DNA of 64,000 bases from NCBI GenBank assembly GCA_047967505.1, contig CM106538.1, one strand, 5' to 3'. A model generated the notes under the pieces. The model worked only from the letters and a program-made list of their open reading frames with translations, ran no database searches and had not been told where the DNA came from. This DNA comes from Dipteris shenzhenensis (taxonomy: Eukaryota). The translations under genes and the position numbers were made by a program. Position 1 is the first letter of the stretch. Each line of letters begins with the position of its first letter. Below are positions 10,301-23,381 of the stretch, in pieces.

Positions 10301-13300
10301 CTGGGGGCTTTTTTCGAAGCATCTGGGATCCCCTAATCACATGTAGTCTCTGAAATGTACTCCAATCAGTTGCCGACCCCCCTAGAAGAGGTTTGCATAC
10401 ATTGTCGTCCGCTTGACTAGTGTATCAAATAGCCATCCAGGAGTGAACAAGGGGTGAACAAGAGTTGAATAAGGGGTGACAGAGGGGTGAACAAGGGATG
10501 AACAAGGGTCTTGGAAGTGTGCCTGGAAGCACTGTGGCTATTGTCGGATCTAGAGCTCCCTAACCTTGTGTAAGCCGTGCCCTGGTTGCATGAATCATCA
10601 TGAACACTTGGTTCGTGAAGATTGCTCCTAGATAAGTTTAGGATTGATTGCATGATCTCCACTGGTTCTCTCCCCCTTCCGTGCATTCTACTCCCTAGAT
10701 AAGTGAAGCTCTTTCCCCGTTCCATGCATTCTACTCCCTTTCTCTAACATGGCCCCACCCTTTTTCTACATTGGTATCAGAGCCATGATCTTAGCTCTTG
10801 CCCTACTCTTTTCATCCCCACTCACTGGCCATAGTCGCCCTCTTTGCATCACGACAAAGTTGGCGTAGGAACTTTGCCGACGCATAACTACAACGCATTC
10901 AGCAATTGGCGCCTAACTACAACACTACAAAGCACTAAGGCAATGACCAAGACACAGATTAGAGCTTCGTTGGTCGACTTTCATTAAAACTTACGAGCTC
11001 GACATTGGATCAGACTACTTGCTTGCCGTCACCTTCATTACAGGCGTTGCCGTCGCTTGGTTCTCATCCGACTACTCAAATAGAATATCACCATCTTAAG
11101 TCAATTTGGCATGTTCCTCTTGTAGTCGTCATCAATTAGCATGCCGGTCGACCATTTGCGATTGCATAGCCGACCTGCTTGGCTTGTTACTACTCTGCGA
11201 TGTATTTGCCGGCCAAATGCAACAGCTCCAAACTAGCTATTGCTCCACACAGCCGCCCCTACCCGACGACCAATGCCAATGCCACTATCTATGCCAACGG
11301 CATATGTTTGCTTGATGACGAACTTCCTCTGCAACTAGTCCCAAAGGGGGGAAGGTGCCTGATGACAAACAAAATCTGCAACCCGTTGTTACCTGATGGC
11401 CAACACGGATTGAAGAAGCAATGAGGAGTTGATATTCCTCCTGCGAACTGCCTGTAGTAGGCCGTTGTTGTGTCGTCGACGCCCAAGCCGCTTGGCCGCT
11501 CTACCCACGCCGCTGTCGTGTTGCCTTGCCTTTGGAAACTTGAGAATTAGGTTGTGTTAATTCTTAGTTTAGTTCAATTGCGAGTTAGTGGATTGGGTTA
11601 GATTTAGTTAGTTACATTTTGTTAGGCTACTTGGGTTAAGATGACTATTGTTTGGTTAAGTCAAGGTTTGGGTTAGGTTAAACTAACTAGAATGACTCAA
11701 GGGTCTAACTATCTTAGCCATCTTAGGTTAGTCTCTAGACTGTCCTCGGTGACCTAGGAACCCTCCTCTCCTCTCTTAAAAAAAAAGGGCCTTCGCAGCC
11801 ATATTTTGTGAGCCTTTGTCAACTCTTACAAGGCTGTTCTCAAGCTTATTTGAGCTCCGTTTCAAAGCGCCTCCATCGACCTTTCTCTCAAACTTCGCCA
11901 TCAATGTTTCCAGTGTATGTGCACACAACAACATGTGCTTATTACTCCCTATCTATTTCATTGAGTGTGCTTCCTTTCTTTGCACTGTAATTGTACTTGC
12001 TCGTGGGGCAGTTGTGTTTGCTAGAGTGGGACTTTCTTGCAAGAAGCTATTCACATTTAGACTTCTATTTTCTTGTGACAATCACCATGGCATCAAGTGT
12101 GTACCTCGTGTTGAGGAGTCATTACCTAATAGTAACGAGGTTGCTCAACATGTGCATGTGCCTTCCACAGTGGGAGTACCCACTTGGTGGTACATATGTT
12201 TTTCCTCGACCTATATCTCCTACCACCCGGTCTGCATCTCCCACATCTTTGAATTTGCATGCATAGTTCCTTGATGAATTCTCCTCCATGCTTCATGGTA
12301 CATTTCTGCAGTGGGGGCAACAAATTGGGCAATAGCTAAACCAAGTTGCCACATACATGAACAAAGGCAAGCAGCCTATACCCCAACGTGGGGATCAGTA
12401 GGACAGCCAGGATGCGTTCTCTACACCACGTGGAGGTTTTATTGTAGTCGCTTTACGCACTGCAAGATTTCGGCCCCATTAGGCCATTTCAATTTGAGCA
12501 GTCTACTTCCCAATGCAGGGATTCTTATCTTGGCGTTGACTCTTGAGTACCTCTTGTTAGACATGAGACCATCCTACAGTTTGCAGCTCTCTACACCTTT
12601 GCAAATGGATCCATCTATTTTGGTCCGACCCACTGGTGTGCATTCGATGAGTGCTCCTATGAGCACTATTAGTCCCTATTAGTCCTTTTACCACACTAGC
12701 CAACATACTTGGAGTCGTTTTGGGTTCACATGGCAGTCCACAACCGTGGGAGAGAGGTCAATCCTCCTCTCAGCCTTTGGCCTGCAGTCCTTGCATCAAG
12801 ATGCATTTGGTGATGAGTACTTATAGCCACACATAGCTCGTGTATTAGACGGGTAGCTATGAACAACAGCCTGGGATTGATGGTATGCTGTCCGAGGCAT
12901 TGCACTCTTACCATGTTTGTATCTTTGGCCCTCCGTGAGGCGATGCTGTTCCATCATTATGTGGATCTTATGCGTGACAATGCTCGTATATTTGCGGGTG
13001 GCCAAAGTAGAAATTATGTAGTGAAAGATGTGAAGGATAAGCTCACAATGCACAAGTGTAAAGGCGACAAATGCACTCCCAATGAGCTGGAGGAATGGCT
13101 CACGAAGCTGGAGGATTACCTCTGGTTCTGTCACGGGGGCGTGAAATTCTAAGTACTTTAATGTACTACAAGACCGTGACAACTTTGGTTTTAAAAGTCC
13201 AAGCGTGGGCTTAATAATGTGTAATTAAACGCGGCATGGTGCCTAGCACATAAGCGTAATTAATCCCTAGGCCCAAAGGCATTCCAAGGAATTAAAAGAG

Positions 13301-14722
13301 TGGTTGTTGGGAAATGATGATGTGACATTTTTAATGGGCCCCCTAGAGGGCCATGTACCTTCAGTGGCCCCCCTAGAGTTCCAGGTGGCTCTAGTGCCTT
13401 CTACATGCTCCTTTGCCATTCTTGGACCTTCCTGGGCCTTCTAAACTTTACATGTGTGGTTTTCTCTCTCATCTTCTCCCTTTGTTGAGATTTTGGACTG
13501 GTTTTTCAGCCTCCTTCAGCTGAATTCCGTTTTTCTTCATAACTCCTCACCCGTTTGGATTTTCGACACCCGTTTGGATTTTCGACCTCTGCCTCCCCTT
13601 CGTAGTGATATGCTTTTCCCTCCGTGCGTTTGGTAGAACGGGCAGAGCTGAGCACTTCTTTTGCTGGTTGAATTTGCAAAAGTGGCTTTTTCTGGACCTT
13701 TTTTCTTCTACCGCCTCCTGGGCCTCTCCTCTTGCAAAGCTACAGCTTTCTGTTGAATTTCGAGTGGTCCGACGCGCTGGTTGATTGGTTTTTCTCAGTT
13801 TTGGAGGACTTTTTGGCGATGAAACTTCTTCAAAACCTTCTCAATGCATTCCTCTCTGAAGCACGCTTCTTTTGAGCCCAAGAACTCCCACTTCTTCGCG
13901 ACAGAAGTGCTTCTTTTCGCATTTTTCAGTGGAATTCTTGCTGGTCGGCTCTTGTAAATGCTCTTTCTTCATGCCTTAGCACTCCTCTTTGGCTGAGAAT
14001 GCAATTGGGCATTGGCTACTTTGTCCTCTTGGCGTTTGAGGACTTGGTTCGAGTCTTCAGGGCTTGGTGAGTTGTGATTTTGCTACTGCAATTTCTTTTT
14101 GCCATAAGCTATTGGTTGGCCTCGTGTGCCGCCTCTTTCTTGGCTCACAGGTGCCCAGGCAGTGCTACATGAGTCATTCTTTGGTTGGGTACTTTGCTGA
14201 TTTTATTTGGAGCTTTGAAAAGCTTTGTGAATGCCATCTGGAAACCACTCAAAGAGAGTCAGCTGGGGTGCAGTGTGATTGCATCTGGACAGCCAATGGA
14301 ATTGCACATGGAAAAGAGAATGCCTTTGGGTTGAGCCTATGGGTTAAGTGCACTTATGTGATGGTGTTCTATGCTTGAAAGCCTTGCGAAGGCTTAGTGA
14401 ATTGGGACTGCGTGCTCAGTTGCAGGGAAGGTCTCCGAGATGCAACTTGTAATCATTTCACTGTGAAATATAAAGAAATACCGAAAGGGGCGCCACGGTG
14501 TTTGGGGCCAATCGGGTGCACTTGTCTATGTCTGTTGAGCAGGGGTATTCTAGCCTCCATTCCTTTTTCAGTGGTTTTGTTTGTGAACAAATGGGTAAAT
14601 GCCAAATGGTGATCATGCAATGGTTAATGGTTGTGATATATGCTTTGTGAGTTGTAAATAAGTGCTGAAGTGATTAAAGGTTTAGTTCCACTGCGCTCTG
14701 AGTGATTAGAGGCCGGTTTCAT

Positions 14723-14739
14723 TGGTTCCATTGTCGGGA
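14723..14739 (+). promoter_or_regulatory. Primer-binding site, tRNA-Glu type (TGGTTCCATTGTCGGGA)
   Basis: Begins 1 nt after the LTR CA. Copy B has TGGTTCCATTGCCGGGA (32502-32518, minus strand). Both match the complement of a ...TCCCGGCAATGGAACCA tRNA-Glu 3' end, recalled from plant tRNA-Glu sequences. Confidence 0.7.
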
Positions 14740-14832
14740 TACCACACTCTTTCTCAAGAGGTGGGCCTCGGTAGTTTGGTGGAAGGATATCTTTGCTGCA
14801 CTTTTTGACAGGTGAATATTACAACCATAAAC

Positions 14833-17800
14833 ATGGTGAGTACCCATGAGCAAGAGAGCTCCACAACTCCTCAAAGGAGAAGGCAGGAAAGCCTTAATGA
14901 TCTAGCTAGTGTACAGCTGCAGGGAGCACAACAAATGCCTTTTGAGCAGGCCACACATGAAGCTACAACTGAGCTCAACGGTGATACTAGTTCTAGTAGT
15001 GAGTCAGATGATGCTACTATGTTGAATGCACAGCTTGCAAGCGCAGTGACTGCTTTGACTCAGCTCGCTCAAAATTTGGCTCAGATTGTGCAAACAAATG
15101 CCAAGAAGAAGAAGAAATCAAGAAAGCACAAGCACGGAAAGAGTGAGTACACACATGCATCAGCTTCTCATGGCGGACTGCACACTCATGCATCAGTTTC
15201 CCATGAGGGACAGCCATCAAAAATGACTCAGAAAGTGACTTCCAAGAGAGAGGAATCGCCCAAAAGAGCACTTGAGAAAGAGGTACAAAAAGTACATCCA
15301 GTGCAACAGTATGAGCAGCCAGCACAAGGCCTTGGTTTGAGTATTTCTACTCCTCAAAATAATAATGTGCAGTCCATAAATGTGGCTCAACCACCTCAGC
15401 CATATTTGAGGCAGCAACCTGAATATTTTGGTACAGATTCTATCTTTGATGCTATGTTGATTTCACCGCCAATTGGGCATAGAAAACAAGCCTTGTATGA
15501 CAATGTGGGAATGCAGCCAGGCATGCAAGCCACAGCATATGCTCCCATGCCTAATGTTCAGCCAAGCATGGCTCTCCCTAGTGAAGGGAATGCTGCAAAT
15601 ATACAGCCATCTTTGGGACGGCCAATATCAAATGTATATAAAGAATTTAAGGATGGTGGTTCTCATGTCAAGTTTGATACATATAATGGAGTACAGGACA
15701 GGTACAAAGCCCTCACATTCCTTCAACAGTTTGATGCTGCATTTCTTGGGGGTTTGTTTACAGAAGCATCCGAGATGAGGAAGGTTGCCACATTTTTGAA
15801 AGGCAATGCACTTAAGTGGTACACCAACCTTATGCTTCATGGAGATGCACCTACTACTTGGCTGGAATTTAAGCAAGTGTTCTCTTCTACTTGGCTTACT
15901 CCAACTTTTGAAGTTGAAGTACTTTCACACTGGCATGACTTGTCATACAAACTTTGCAAGAATCTTGATGATTACACCCAGAGGTTTTGGGATGTTTTGC
16001 TGCCATTGATCTCTTACAGGCATGTTTCTTTGAAAGAGCAAATAGAGAGGTACTGTTGTGGATTGCCTAATGAGCTACGTGATTATTGTTTCAAAACCAA
16101 GGTGGGTTCTATGACTCAATTAATTGAGAATGCAAGGACAGGATATGCATGGATGCAGGAGAAGAATTTGGGCTTTATGGACAGCAAGAAAGAAGACAAC
16201 AAACGGGCTGCCAAACACCAGGATAAGGACATCAAATCTGAAAATAAAAATTATGGCAAACGACCGTTTCAAAAGGGAAGAAAAGCCCAATTCAAAGCTG
16301 GTCAAAGGCGTGGACAGCCTAATAAACAGCCCCGTACCAAGTTATCTGATGAAGAGAAAATGTCACTCATGGAGCAAAACAAATGTTTTATGTGCAAAGG
16401 AGAGGGACACCGCTCTTATGATTGCCCATTCAAGAAAAGAGACAGGTTAGATGATGATAAGAATGGTGATAAACAGGCTGATCGGAAGGGCAAAAAGCCT
16501 AAACCTTCTGCAGGACATCTTCTAGATGTGATTGGGAGTTTGCCACATGCACATGATGAAGAGGAAATGAAAAAGACTGAGATGTGCAGAGCATGGGGAA
16601 AAATCAGAAATCAGAATTGTTTGTTTTTCTTTGATTCTGGGGCAAAGGCAAATTTCATAACTCTTGATATGGCAGGAAGGGTTGGCATCGAGCCTGAGGA
16701 AATGGGGCCATCCGGCATGTGTGATATGGCCAACCCTGAACTCAACACACCTGTCACTCCTATCATTGGCAAGTTGAGGATGCATATCCAGGGATATCAG
16801 GATGCAAAGGACTTCTACATTATGCCTTTGCCAGAGTGTGATGCTTTGCTTGGGATGCCTTGGATGTACAGGGTGGGGGCTGATGTGCAGATGAGAAACA
16901 AGAAGATTTCTTTAACTCATAGAGGCAAAAATCATGTACTTGATGTAAAGTTGAAAGGGGAGTCCATCCCTGTAGTTTCATCTTCTTGTATTTCCAATGT
17001 AATAAAGCGTCATATTTCAGCATACTTGATTTTTGTCAAAGAGGACAGCCAACCAGTTCAGGAAGGCTCTACTCTTTGTGCTTTAGATAGAGAAAGGGCT
17101 GCTTTTATTTCAGATTTTCAGGATTGTTTCTCAGATGCAGTTCCTCAAGAATTACCTCCCAAGAGGCCCGAGGATCATCAAATTGATATAATTCCAAGAA
17201 GCTCACCACCTACTATACCTCCCTATCGTGTCAGTAAGGCACAACAGGAAGAGATAATGACACAAGTGAAGGAACTCTTGGAAAAGGAATTAATACAGCC
17301 AAGTAATTCTCCTTACTGTTCCCCTGTGTTGCTTGTGCAAAAGAAGGATGGCAGTTGGAGAATGTGTATTGATTATAGGGCTTTGAATAAAGTCACAATT
17401 AAGAACCGTTTTCCAATTCCACGCATTGATGATATATTGGATCGGTTGGAACGTTTCTCAATGTTCAGTCGTATTGACCTTAAACATGGATACCATCAGA
17501 TAAGGATACGGCTTGAAGATGTCTACAAGACTGCCTTCCGCACTTCATTTGGCTTATATGAGTTCCTTGTGATGCCTTTTGGTTTGACTAATGCACCTGC
17601 CACTTTCAATAGAATGATGGACAGAATTTTTAGAGCACATAGAAAGTTTGTGGGCACTTTCTTTGATGACATCATTGTGTTATAAAAAAATGAGCAGGAG
17701 CACAGGAAACACCTCACTATTGTGTTTCAAGAGTTGAAAAGAGACAAGCTATTAATAAACACAAAAAAAAGTGAGTTCTTTATGCATAAGATTCATTTTC

Positions 17801-20061
17801 TCAGTCATATAGTGTCAAAGGATGGAGTCAAGATGGATCCTGCAAAAGTTGAGGCCATAAGGAGTTGGCCAATTTTGAAAAATCTGCATGAAGTCAGAAG
17901 CTTTCTTGGGTTGTGTTCATACTATCGGAGGTTTATAAAGTACTTTGCAGAAATTGCTTCTCCCTTGCATGCTTTACAAAAGAAAGCTGTACCGTTTCGG
18001 TGGGGACCAAAGGAAAATGCAGCTTTTGAAGAGTTGAAGCAAAAATTGTGTTCTGAACCCGTTATTATCTTGCCAGATCTTGCAAAACCCTTCGCTGTAA
18101 CTTGTGATGCATGTGGGAACAGCATAGGAGGCACTTTGATGCAGGATGGCAGAGTGGTTGCATATGAGAGTAGAGTTCTCAAAGATGTTGAATTGTACTT
18201 GCAGACATACGAGAAGGAAATGTTAGCAGTGATACATGCTTTGACCACATGGAAACATTACCTTCTTGGAGCTGATTTTTATGTGCAAACTGATCATCAG
18301 TCACTTAGATATTTTCTCACGCAGAGAAAATTATCTGAAAAGCACATGAGATGGGCTAACTTCCTCTCAATGTTTCATTTTCAAATTGTACATGTGCCGG
18401 GTAACAAAAATGTCGTGGCTGATGCACTTTCCAGGAAACCACAGCCTAAAGCAGTCTCCAAGAAACCCAGTGTTTCAACAGTAAGCATTGCTTACAACAA
18501 TGTGTTAGATGTGATGAAAGATCAGTATGTTAATGATGCTGATTTTTCAACTATTTATGAACAGCTTTCTGATGGTCAAAGGCATGATCACTATATGTTG
18601 AAAGCGAGTTTCATTTTGATGCATGGACGACTCTGTGTCACTGATCAGATGCGACAGAAAGTCATAATGGAAAGTCATGCTCCTCCATATGCTGGACATA
18701 GGGAAATTACAGAAACAATTACAGCAGTGGAGCAATACTTTTATTGGCCATCTTTGAGGAAAGATGTGGAAGAATATGTGAGAACATGCATGGTTTGTCA
18801 GAACGTAAAGTTTGACAGGCAGAAGGCACCTGGGTTGTTACACCCTTTGCCAATTCCGGATAGACCATGGCAAAGCATAGCTATGGATTTTGTGTTTGAT
18901 CTTCCACGTACTCCTACTGGACATGATGGATTGTGGACAATAATTTGCAGGTCTAGCAAACAAGCCCACTTTGTGCCAGTAAGAAAGAAAATTACAGCAG
19001 ATCAAATGGCCAAATTGTTTTTGCAGCATGTCTTCAAGGATCATGGGATGCCTGAATCCATAATCAGTGATAGAGATCCAAGGATGACCAGCCTCTTTTG
19101 GAGAGGACTGTTTGAAAATATGGGCACTACGCTGAATTTTTCGTCATCTTTTCACCCTCAGTCTGATGGACAATCGGAGCAGGAAAACTCTATCATTTTG
19201 GATATGTTTAAATGCTATTTCTCAGACCACAAAAGCAAATGGGAGCATTATTTGCCTTTGCTGGAATATGCTTACAATAATACGGTGCACACATCCACAG
19301 GTAAAGCACCTTTTGAAATAGTGGAAGGTGCCAGGAAGATACCTCCCATTTTGCATACAAAAGAGAAAATCTTCGAAGCTGATCGTTTTGTGGAAAGCCT
19401 TGAAGAGGCTTACAAGAAGATCAAATATGCCTTGCAAAGAAGTCAAGACAAGCAGAAAAGAGCAGCAGATAAGCACCGTAGGGAATTGGTATTCACAGAA
19501 GGTGATTGGGTTTTGCTGCGTTTTCAGAAGGCAAGGCTGAAAAATAAGAAAGGCAAGGAAAGGTTGTACACAAAGCTGAACATGCATTACTATGGTCCTT
19601 TCCAGGTTTCTGAAAAGATAAACGAGGTAGCTTACAGGCTGAAGTTGCCTCCGCATTGGAGGATACATAATGCCTTTCATGTGAGCTTATTAAAGCAATA
19701 TCATGGAGATATTCCCGAGGATGTACCTCATGAGGTGCAGCCTGAAGTGGAAGAGCAGGATGAACTTCTGGTCCCAGAGCAGATTCTGGCACACAGAGAT
19801 AGAAAGCTCAAGGGTAAAGTTATCCGTCGCTACTTGGTAAAATTTCAAAATTACCCATCACTTGATGCGAAATGGATGGAGGAAGGTGAACTGGCAGATT
19901 GACCTGGGATATTGCAGATTTACCTTGATGCTTTCCAATTAGATCCGAGTGCGGTCCAGGCTCCTATAGGTAGTTCAGCAGAGCGAGCGTCTGGAGCATT
20001 ACCTGATGTTCGAGAGGGGGGTAGCACCTCCACTCCCTCAGTACAGACGGGCTCACTGTGA
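14833..20061 (+). pseudogene. Single-frame gag-PR-RT-RH-INT-chromodomain polyprotein of copy A, with two in-frame stops
   Basis: [36 protein letters not shown], integrase HHCC and core, chromodomain VPEQILAHR...YLVKFQNYPSLDAKW. Stops at 17683-17685 and 19900-19902, where copy B has sense codons. Confidence 0.93.
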
Positions 20062-22363
20062 TTTCATGAGGTCGCTTGATGACACTGTATGTTTCATCCG
20101 AGATACTGAGCTGACAGTATTTCTGCTATGAGACTTCATGATATTGATGCATCTTGACTATTGACCGCCGAGGATCACATAGATTTTAAGCAGTATATAT
20201 GGATGGATGCATGCCTCTCCTAGCCATATTTTTAGTGTCTCTGTATACTATAGCTGCGGCTTTCTTGTATTCTCTTTTATGCTATATTTCATGCTTGCTC
20301 CTGTGTTTTGGGGCAGCAAACTGTGGTTTGCTGTTTTAAGAGAGGGGTATGTCACGGGGGTGTGAAATTCTAAGTACTTTAATGTACTACAAGACCGTGA
20401 CAACTTTGGTTTTAAAAGTCCAAGCGTGGGCTTATCAATGTGTGTAATTAAACGCGGCATGGTGCCTAGCACATAAGCGTAATTAATCCCTAGGCCCAAA
20501 GGCATTCCAAGGAATTAAAAGAGTGGTTGTTGGGAAATGATGATGTGGCATTTTTAATGGGCCCCCTAGAGGGCCATGTACCTTCAGTGGCCCCCCTAGA
20601 GTTCCAGGTGGCTCTAGTGCCTTGTACATGCTACTTTGCCATTCCTGGACCTTCCTGGGCCTTCTAAACTTCACATGTGTGGTTTTCTCTCTCATCTTCT
20701 CCCTTTGTTGAGATTTTGGACTGGTTTTTCAGCCTCCTTCAGCTGAATTCCGTTTTTCTTCATAACTCCTCACCCGTTTGGATTCCTCGAGTCCCGTTTG
20801 GATTCCCGTTTGGCATGATGGCTTCCCCTCTGCCTCCCCTTCGTAGTGATATGCTTTTCCCTCCGTGCGTTTGGTAGAACGGGCAGAGCTGAGCACTTCT
20901 TTTGCTGGTTGAATTTGCAAAAGTGGCTTTTTCTAGACCTTTTTTCTTCTACCGCCTCCTGGGCCTCTTCTCTTGCAAAGCTACATCTTTCTGTTGAATT
21001 TTGAGTGGTCCGACGCGCTGGTTGACTGGTTTTTCTCAGTTTTGGAGGACTTTTCGGCGATGAAACTTCTCCAAAACCTTCTCAATGCATTCCTCTCTGA
21101 AGCACGCTTCTTTTGTGCCCAAGAACTCCCACTTCTTCGCGACAGAAGTGCTTCTTTTCGCATTTTTCAGTGGAATTCTTGCTGGTCGGCTCTTGTAAAT
21201 GCTCTTTCTTCATGCCTTTGCACTCCTCTTTGGCTGAGAATGCAATTGGGCATTGGCTACTATGTCCTCTTGGCGATTGAGGACTTGGTTCGAGTCTTCA
21301 GGGCTTGGTGAGTTGTGATTTTGCTACTGCAATTTCTTTTTGCCATAAGCTATTGGTTGGCCTCGTGTGCCGCCTCTTTCTTGGCTCACAGGTGCCCAGG
21401 CAGTGCTACATGAGTCATTCTTTGGTTGGGTACTTTGCTGATTTTATTTTGGAGCTTTGAAAAGCTTTGTGAATGCCATCTGGAAACCACTCAAAGAGAG
21501 TCAGCTGGGGTGCAGTGTGATTGCATCTGGACAGCCAATGGAATTTCACTCGGAAAAGAGAATGCCTTTGGGTTGAGCCTATGGGTTAAGTGCACTTATG
21601 TGATGGTGTTCTATGCTTGAAAGCCTTGCGAAGGCTTAGTTCCGAAAGGGGCGCCACGGTGTTTGGGGCCAATCGGGTGCACCTGTCTATGTCTGTTGAG
21701 CAGGGGCATTCTAGCCTCCATCCTTTTTTCAGTGGTTTTGTTTGTTAACAAATGGGTAAATGCCAAATGGTGATCATGCAATGGTTAATGGTTGTGATAT
21801 ATGCTTTGTGAGCTGTAAATAAGTGTTGAAGTGATTAAAGGTTTAGTTCCACTACCCTCTGAGTGATTAGAGGCCGGTTTCAGGTTCTACCCAAAACAGG
21901 ATGAGGAGTGCATTATATTTGGCGGGATGCATTTACAGGATTATGCTCACACTTGGGAGAAGTACACGAGGGACTCTCCAGTAAGGCCAATCACGTGGGC
22001 AGGGTTTAAAAAGTTGATGACCACTACATTTGTATCCTTGCTAGTACTAGAGCAGTACTTATAAAACTTTTATGCATTATCTTAGAGGGGCACGGTGTAG
22101 GAATATTTGCAGTGATTTTGGAGACTTTCCCTTTTTGCGCATGATATATGTGAAAAGGGAAAGTTGCTAGGTTTCATGGCTTGCATCCCTCCTTGGCCTC
22201 TGATATGAGAGCTCATGATCATCAAACCATTGAGCGACTTGCCAAGCTCATGGAGGTATTCGAGCCTAAGTATGCAAACATGAATACTACGGGCAGCACA
22301 CATGGGACTGCATATGAGGCTGAAAAGAAACCCAGGATGCTTGAATGGCATGGACGGAAGGCT

Positions 22364-23381
22364 TGTTAGAAACATGATGTGAGGGGGGGAGAGAGATAGG
22401 CTAGGGAGTGAGTGAAGTCGGCAGATATAGGTGGCTGTAGATGCTCCAAATACAAACCCAAATCAAAACACAGCAAGAATATGCTCCGAAATGCAGAACT
22501 GAACCAGAAATTGAGCTCTTGTGGTCGTAGTAACTGCTTGAAGTGCTGCAGCAGATCCGAAATCTGCAAAGCGGCTCACTAGGGCACCCCAAAGTGCAAA
22601 GGCTGGTCACCAATGTGCAGGGCGGCTCCCTAGAACAGCTCCGAAATGTGTAGGAGGACACTAGCAGCTGTAGTAGATGTGCTGGAAGCCATGAGACTGC
22701 TCGAAAAGGCCCTCAAATGACTCGAAAGGCTGCAGAGAGTGCTGTCAGGTGGGAGAATACACAGCAGCAGCAATTGAGAGCTATTCTTGGCGTTGAAAAC
22801 GCAGCAGCACACAGGATGCAGATTGTGGCGACGAAATGCTCTGAAATAGGCTTGAAGGTCCACATGTGCAGGTGCAATGATCCGACCAGCAAGGAAGGAT
22901 GCTTGTGAAGGGCACCTAGAGCTCTAAAAGGTCTTGAATCAAGGCGGCTGGCTATGAGGCAACAACTGAAGCAAATAGCTGCTGCAAACGGGTGCAAGGA
23001 GGAGGTGAATAGAGGCGAAATGGAGCAGGGCTGAGGCGGCTGCAAGCTGCAGGAAGAAGGGCTGAAGCAGAATTAGGGTTAGGGCAATGGTGACGTGGCA
23101 GCTATGGAAGGTGGCTCTGATACCAAGTTAGAAACATGGTGTGAGGGGGAGAGAGAGATAGGCTAGGGAGTGAAGAAGTGATACGCAACTGTAGAATAAA
23201 TGAAGGCTTTCATTCATTCATAAAGTATGACAAGACAAGTGAAGTACAAGCCTTATGTAGGCTACTCACACACACTCTAGCACCTAGTGCATATGGGATA
23301 AGTCCCATGATGACACGTGGCCCTCACACAAGACTCACTCACATAGACTAGTACTAGATCACCTAGTATTTCACACTAACA
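22364..23381 (-). mobile_element. Small non-coding LTR element remnant (TRIM-like)
   Basis: Reverse PBS TGGCTCTGATACCA at 23112-23125 next to an LTR ~23127-23381 ending CTAACA. Its first ~50 bp recur at 22364-22411. No TSD found. Confidence 0.55.

Larger units (their letters stand above)
13129..21882 (+). mobile_element. Full-length Ty3/Gypsy chromovirus, copy A
   Basis: LTRs at 13129-14721 and 20350-21882 (TGTCAC...TTTCA; the 3' LTR has an ~80-bp deletion near 21640). PBS 14723-14739, PPT AAGAGAGGGG, 5-bp TSD GGTTC. Confidence 0.96.
10342..22363 (+). mobile_element. Old Ty3/Gypsy-like remnant (5' LTR, tRNA-iMet PBS, degenerate gag) that hosts chromovirus A; left boundary uncertain
   Basis: ...CTACA followed by TGGTATCAGAGC at 10772-10783. 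The gag remnant HKCKGDKCTPNELEEWLTKLEDYLWF (13050-13128) continues after the insertion as YPKQDEECIIFGGMHLQDYAHTW...PITWAGFKKLM (21888-22020). Confidence 0.6.

Noticed and set aside
11525-11760. TTAGG/GGGTTA-rich tract resembling interstitial telomere repeats
   Set aside because: No regular TTTAGGG array. It is a low-complexity part of the old Gypsy leader.
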